Shown one piece after another: positions 6,871 through 10,105 of a DNA stretch of 10,105 bases (position 1 is its first letter; the number at the start of each line of letters is the position of its first letter). The stretch is taken from the NCBI GenBank assembly GCA_038209745.1, contig JBBQXJ010000116.1, forward strand, positions 1 to 10,105, written 5' to 3'. The stretch is from Verrucomicrobiota bacterium. Its GTDB lineage: Bacteria; Verrucomicrobiota; Verrucomicrobiia; Limisphaerales; CANJSG01. Made by a program: the position numbers and the translations under genes. The notes below the pieces were generated by a model that was not told where the DNA came from, ran no database searches, and saw nothing but the letters and a program-made list of their open reading frames with translations.

Positions 6871-7496
6871 AACCGTCCGTCCTGATCTCCCTGGCTCTGC
6901 TCCTCTCGACCACGCTCTTCGCCGCTGAACCCAAAACGTCGGCCGCCAAGAAGGAGCTTCCGCCGTGCTGCCGCAAGCTCGACGCCACGACGCCGCTTTC
7001 CGACAAGTCGCTCTACCAACTGGACTCCGTCTGGACGTCCGACGTGGGCACCGAGACCAGGCTCGCCGTGCTCAAGGGCCGCCCGCAGGTGATGGCCATG
7101 TTCTTCAGCCATTGCGAATACGCCTGCCCGGTCCTCGTGCATGACATGAAGCGCATCGAAGCCGCGCTGCCCGAGGCGCTGAAGGGCAAAGTGGACTTCG
7201 CGCTCGTCAGCTTCGACACCGAGCGCGACTCGCCCTCCGTCCTGAAGGCCTACCGCGAGAAAGAGCATCTGTCCGTGAAGAACTGGTCGCTCTTCACCGG
7301 CAAGGCCGACGACGTCCGCGAGCTCGCCGCGTTGCTCGGCGTGAACTACCAGAAGGACAGCAAGGGCCAGTTTGCGCACTCAAATTTGATCACGATCCTC
7401 AACGCCGAGGGAGAGATCGCCTATCAGCTCACAGGTCTGAACCAACGGGTGGAAGACGTAGTGGCGGTGTTGGAGAAAGAGGCGACGAAGCACTAG
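6867..7496 (+). CDS. SCO1/SenC family copper chaperone (209 aa)
   Basis: Signal peptide; FFSHCEYACP (CxxxCP), VSFDTERDSP, W-LFTG and FAHSN (His ligand); ATGA coupling at 6867-6870. Confidence 0.93.
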   Translation: MKPSVLISLALLLSTTLFAAEPKTSAAKKELPPCCRKLDATTPLSDKSLYQLDSVWTSDVGTETRLAVLKGRPQVMAMFFSHCEYACPVLVHDMKRIEAALPEALKGKVDFALVSFDTERDSPSVLKAYREKEHLSVKNWSLFTGKADDVRELAALLGVNYQKDSKGQFAHSNLITILNAEGEIAYQLTGLNQRVEDVVAVLEKEATKH

Positions 7497-7615
7497 CGTC
7501 GGACCTTGCCCGGACCCCGCAGCAGGAAAGCGCCCGGGTCGAATTCGCCGAGCAGCCGACCTACGACGCAGCCCTTGGTGTCGGTCCCGCAAAAGGTCGT
7601 GCGTTTCCCAAGAAG

Positions 7616-7691
7616 TGGTGCTCCCACCAGGAATTGAACCTGGATATGACGTTTAGGAAACGCCTGCTCTATCCATTTGAGCTATGGAAGC
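7616..7691 (-). tRNA. tRNA-Arg (anticodon CCT)
   Basis: Minus strand GCTTCCATAGCTCAAATGGATAGAGCAGGCGTTTCCTAAACGTCATATCCAGGTTCAATTCCTGGTGGGAGCACCA: acceptor GCTTCCA/TGGGAGC, D arm GCTC/GAGC, anticodon arm GGCGT-TTCCTAA-ACGTC, T arm CCAGG-TTCAATT-CCTGG, encoded CCA. Confidence 0.96.
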
Positions 7692-7926
7692 GACCGTTGC
7701 CGCCCGGGCAGGTCAACCCACCTCGCCGAGCGCTCAAACTTACTACGGGCTCGCCAAACGGACCCGCAAGCAGTTTCGCCATCGCGTTCACCTTCGACAA
7801 CGCGATCAATCCACCGGGGAAGGCGCGGAACCCAGTTCCTGACGGCTCGTCCCAGTCGCGACAAACTTGACGCCCAAGCGACCTCGGCAGACAAAACCCG
7901 CGATGCCTTCCCCGTTTGGTCCCACC

Positions 7927-9222
7927 ATGTCGCGCCGCGCGGCGATCAAGCTGATGGGAAGCGGAAGCCTGCTGGGGATCCTGGGGACTTGGGGTTGCTC
8001 GACCCGGCGGCACGGCGGCCCGTTCGGACACCCGGCTGAACTTCCCTCGCAAGACGACGCGCTGCTGGAAGAGCTCGAACGCAGCGCCACCACGTTCTTC
8101 CGCGAAGCGGCCCATCCGGAAACCGGAATGGTGCTCGATCGCAAGCTGGCCGACGGCCAACCAGACTCCCGCACCGTCGCCAGCATCGCGGCGACCGGCC
8201 TTGGCTTGTCCGTGCTCTGCCGGGCACATGAGCGCGGCTACGCTCCGAGGGCCGATCTCCGGGCGCAGATCACCCGCACGCTTCGCTGGCTGCACGATCG
8301 GCAGCCGCACCATCGGGGATTCTTCTACCATTTCTTCCATCACGGCACGGGCGAACGGGTCTGGTCGTGCGAACTCTCCTCGGTGGACAGCGCCCTGCTC
8401 TTCTGCGGCGTGCTCCACGCGCGCGCCTGCTTCGCGGACGATCCGGAGATCGTCCGCCTCGCCACCGGCATCTTCGAGCGTGCCGACTGGCCATGGTTTC
8501 TCGACGGTCAATTGACCTTGTCGATGGGCTGGAAACCGGAGAGCGGCTTTCTCCCCGCCCACTGGGACCACTACTGCGAGCTGATGCTCATCTACCTCCT
8601 GGGTCTGGGTTCGCCCACGCATCCGCTCCCGCCGGAATGTTGGACCGCGTGGAAAAGGCCGCTGCGCGAGGAGGAAGGCGAGCGCTTCATCTGGTCGCCG
8701 GCCCCGCTCTTCGTCCACCAGTTCTCCCACGCATGGTTCGACTTTCGTGGGCACCGCGACCATGGCGTCGATTGGTTCGCAAATTCTGTGGCCGCCACCC
8801 GGGCTCATCTGAAATGGAGCCTGCGCAAACGCGCCGGGTTCCCGCAGTGGTCCGAGGATCTCTGGGGCGTGACGTCGAGCGATTCGGCCCAGGGCTACGT
8901 CGGCTGGGGCGGCCCACCAGACAGCGGCCCGCTCGACGGCACGATCGTTCCCTGCGCAGCGGCGGGTTCGCTGCCGTTCCTGCCCCGGGGATGCCTCCGT
9001 ACTTTGCACGTGCAACGCGACACTTACGGCGACCGGATCTGGAAACGCTACGGATTCGTCGACGCTTGGAACCCGCACACCGGGTGGGTGAATCCCGACG
9101 TCATCGGCATCGACGTGGGCATCACCGCGTTGATGGCGGCCAATTTCCGTGACGGTTTCGCCTGGCGGACGTTTCAGCGGGATCCAGTGGCGCAACGGGG
9201 GATGGCGCGAGCCGGGATGTAG
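7927..9222 (+). CDS. GH144-like endo-beta-1,2-glucanase ('glucoamylase family') with Tat signal, probable lipoprotein; alternative start 7903
   Basis: MSRRAAIK...GTWGC signal; motifs ASIAATGLGL, GFFYHF, ELSSVDSALL, LSMGWKPESGF, LFVHQFSHAWFDFRG, WGVTSSD, DGTIVPCAAAGSLPF, YGFVDAWNP, IGIDVG. Confidence 0.85.
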   Translation: MSRRAAIKLMGSGSLLGILGTWGCSTRRHGGPFGHPAELPSQDDALLEELERSATTFFREAAHPETGMVLDRKLADGQPDSRTVASIAATGLGLSVLCRAHERGYAPRADLRAQITRTLRWLHDRQPHHRGFFYHFFHHGTGERVWSCELSSVDSALLFCGVLHARACFADDPEIVRLATGIFERADWPWFLDGQLTLSMGWKPESGFLPAHWDHYCELMLIYLLGLGSPTHPLPPECWTAWKRPLREEEGERFIWSPAPLFVHQFSHAWFDFRGHRDHGVDWFANSVAATRAHLKWSLRKRAGFPQWSEDLWGVTSSDSAQGYVGWGGPPDSGPLDGTIVPCAAAGSLPFLPRGCLRTLHVQRDTYGDRIWKRYGFVDAWNPHTGWVNPDVIGIDVGITALMAANFRDGFAWRTFQRDPVAQRGMARAGM

Positions 9223-9356
9223 AACCCCGGGGCGATCAACGGTGCAGTGCCGGTGGGACGTTCCGACGTTTCTGGGAACCAACACGGAGGGCCGTCCTGG
9301 TTTTCCAGGTAGAAGAAGTTCTCCGGAACATCGGCGGACCAGTCGACCGCGATGCG

Positions 9357-9526
9357 GCTACCTTGGGTGGGTGGGTTCAGGATTGAACAACTCCAACGGA
9401 GTTGCGGCAGGGTGCAGGAAGGTTTCGCCGGTGGACGCAACCCCGTCAGGGTTGATGAATCGTGGGGCACCCAGGGTAGCTCGGGCCGAGCAACCCTAGG
9501 ATACCCGGCAAAATCCCTTTCAGATT
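9357..9526. repeat. Degenerate multi-hairpin REP-like repeat element
   Basis: GCTACCTTGGGT (9357-9368) is inverted against ACCCAGGGTAGC (9469-9480) at 11/12. Hairpins: CAACTCC-AAC-GGAGTTG (9388-9404), CAACCC-CGTCA-GGGTTG (9438-9454), AGGGT-A-GCTCG-GGC-CGAGC-A-ACCCT (9473-9497), AATC-N7-GATT (9512-9526). Confidence 0.75.
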
Positions 9527-9558
9527 CGCACAAACCAAACTCAGAAACGATGCCGAAT

Positions 9559-9966
9559 TTAGCGATTTGTCGCGCGATCAACTAAGTTGGTCGCAGAAGT
9601 CACAATTGGAGTGGATGGTTCAAGCAGACGCGTCGTTTCCAACTGGGACGGAGCCACGGGCTTTTTCCCTAAAAACGGTCGAATGCTTAGTCCGCCCCCA
9701 CCGAGGAGACACAGGAACGAGATCAAACCAAAGAACGGAACTAGTCTGCTCGCAAAGCCTCTAACGCGTTGCTTCTGGCTTTCAGACATATCGGTCAGCG
9801 ACATCTTCCCGTCGAACACCTTGAGAACATCTGCCTCAAATCCCTTGGCAGTTGTGGAGAAGCCCACAGCCCCAAAGAAGTAAGCCAAACCGACCGAAAC
9901 CACCCCAAGGCAGAAACAAAAGAATGCAGGAACTAGGCTTCCGTCAGACGCCCTATCTCGGACCAC
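9559..9966 (-). CDS. Hypothetical membrane protein with two hydrophobic segments; frame stays open to the window edge, so the start is uncertain
   Basis: LVPAFFCFCLGVVSVGLAYFFGAVGF and LVPFFGLISFLCLLGGGGLSI flank a polar loop; no in-frame stop between 9966 and 10104; lower GC than neighbours. Confidence 0.5.
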   Translation of the reverse strand: MVRDRASDGSLVPAFFCFCLGVVSVGLAYFFGAVGFSTTAKGFEADVLKVFDGKMSLTDMSESQKQRVRGFASRLVPFFGLISFLCLLGGGGLSIRPFLGKKPVAPSQLETTRLLEPSTPIVTSATNLVDRATNR

Positions 9967-10105
9967 ATCGGTGGCCGAAGAGGGGTAGGAAAGCAGGAGC
10001 GCATGAGGGAGGAGAACGAGCCAGGAAGAGCGTTCCGCGCGTCGTGTTGAGCGGGGTCGCCGGGAGGTTGTTTTCTTGGGAAAACCCCGCGAACGCCCGT
10101 ATAAA

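Noticed and set aside
2085..9248. Shared 9-mer CGGTGCAGT near 2085 and 9240 as possible island-flanking repeat
   Set aside because: Too short for significance in 10 kb of GC-rich DNA and unrelated to the tRNA end.

Overview
GC-rich bacterial window; a PVC-like (Verrucomicrobia) origin is suggested by repeat style only and is not proven. The core is a compact nitrite-reduction/NO-response module around a perfect FNR-type box (TTGAT-CTGG-ATCAA, 3812-3825). Rightward: cupin, three-domain copper nitrite reductase NirK with a fused C-terminal cytochrome c, NirV-like FGE-family protein, SCO/SenC copper chaperone. Leftward: hemerythrin-like protein, DUF2249 protein, Crp/Fnr (DNR-like) regulator. The module lies between the 3' end of a tRNA-Arg(CCT) gene and a 5'-truncated, frameshifted ClC chloride channel/CBS remnant. 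Further left are a small orphan ORF and a DUF488 (YeaO) gene. Right of the tRNA are a Tat-exported GH144-like (beta-1,2-glucanase/'glucoamylase family') gene, a degenerate multi-hairpin repeat and a lower-GC orphan membrane ORF. A second palindromic element made of 10-bp units overlaps the 5' end of the nirV-like gene. All calls come from manual motif reading; no searches were run.
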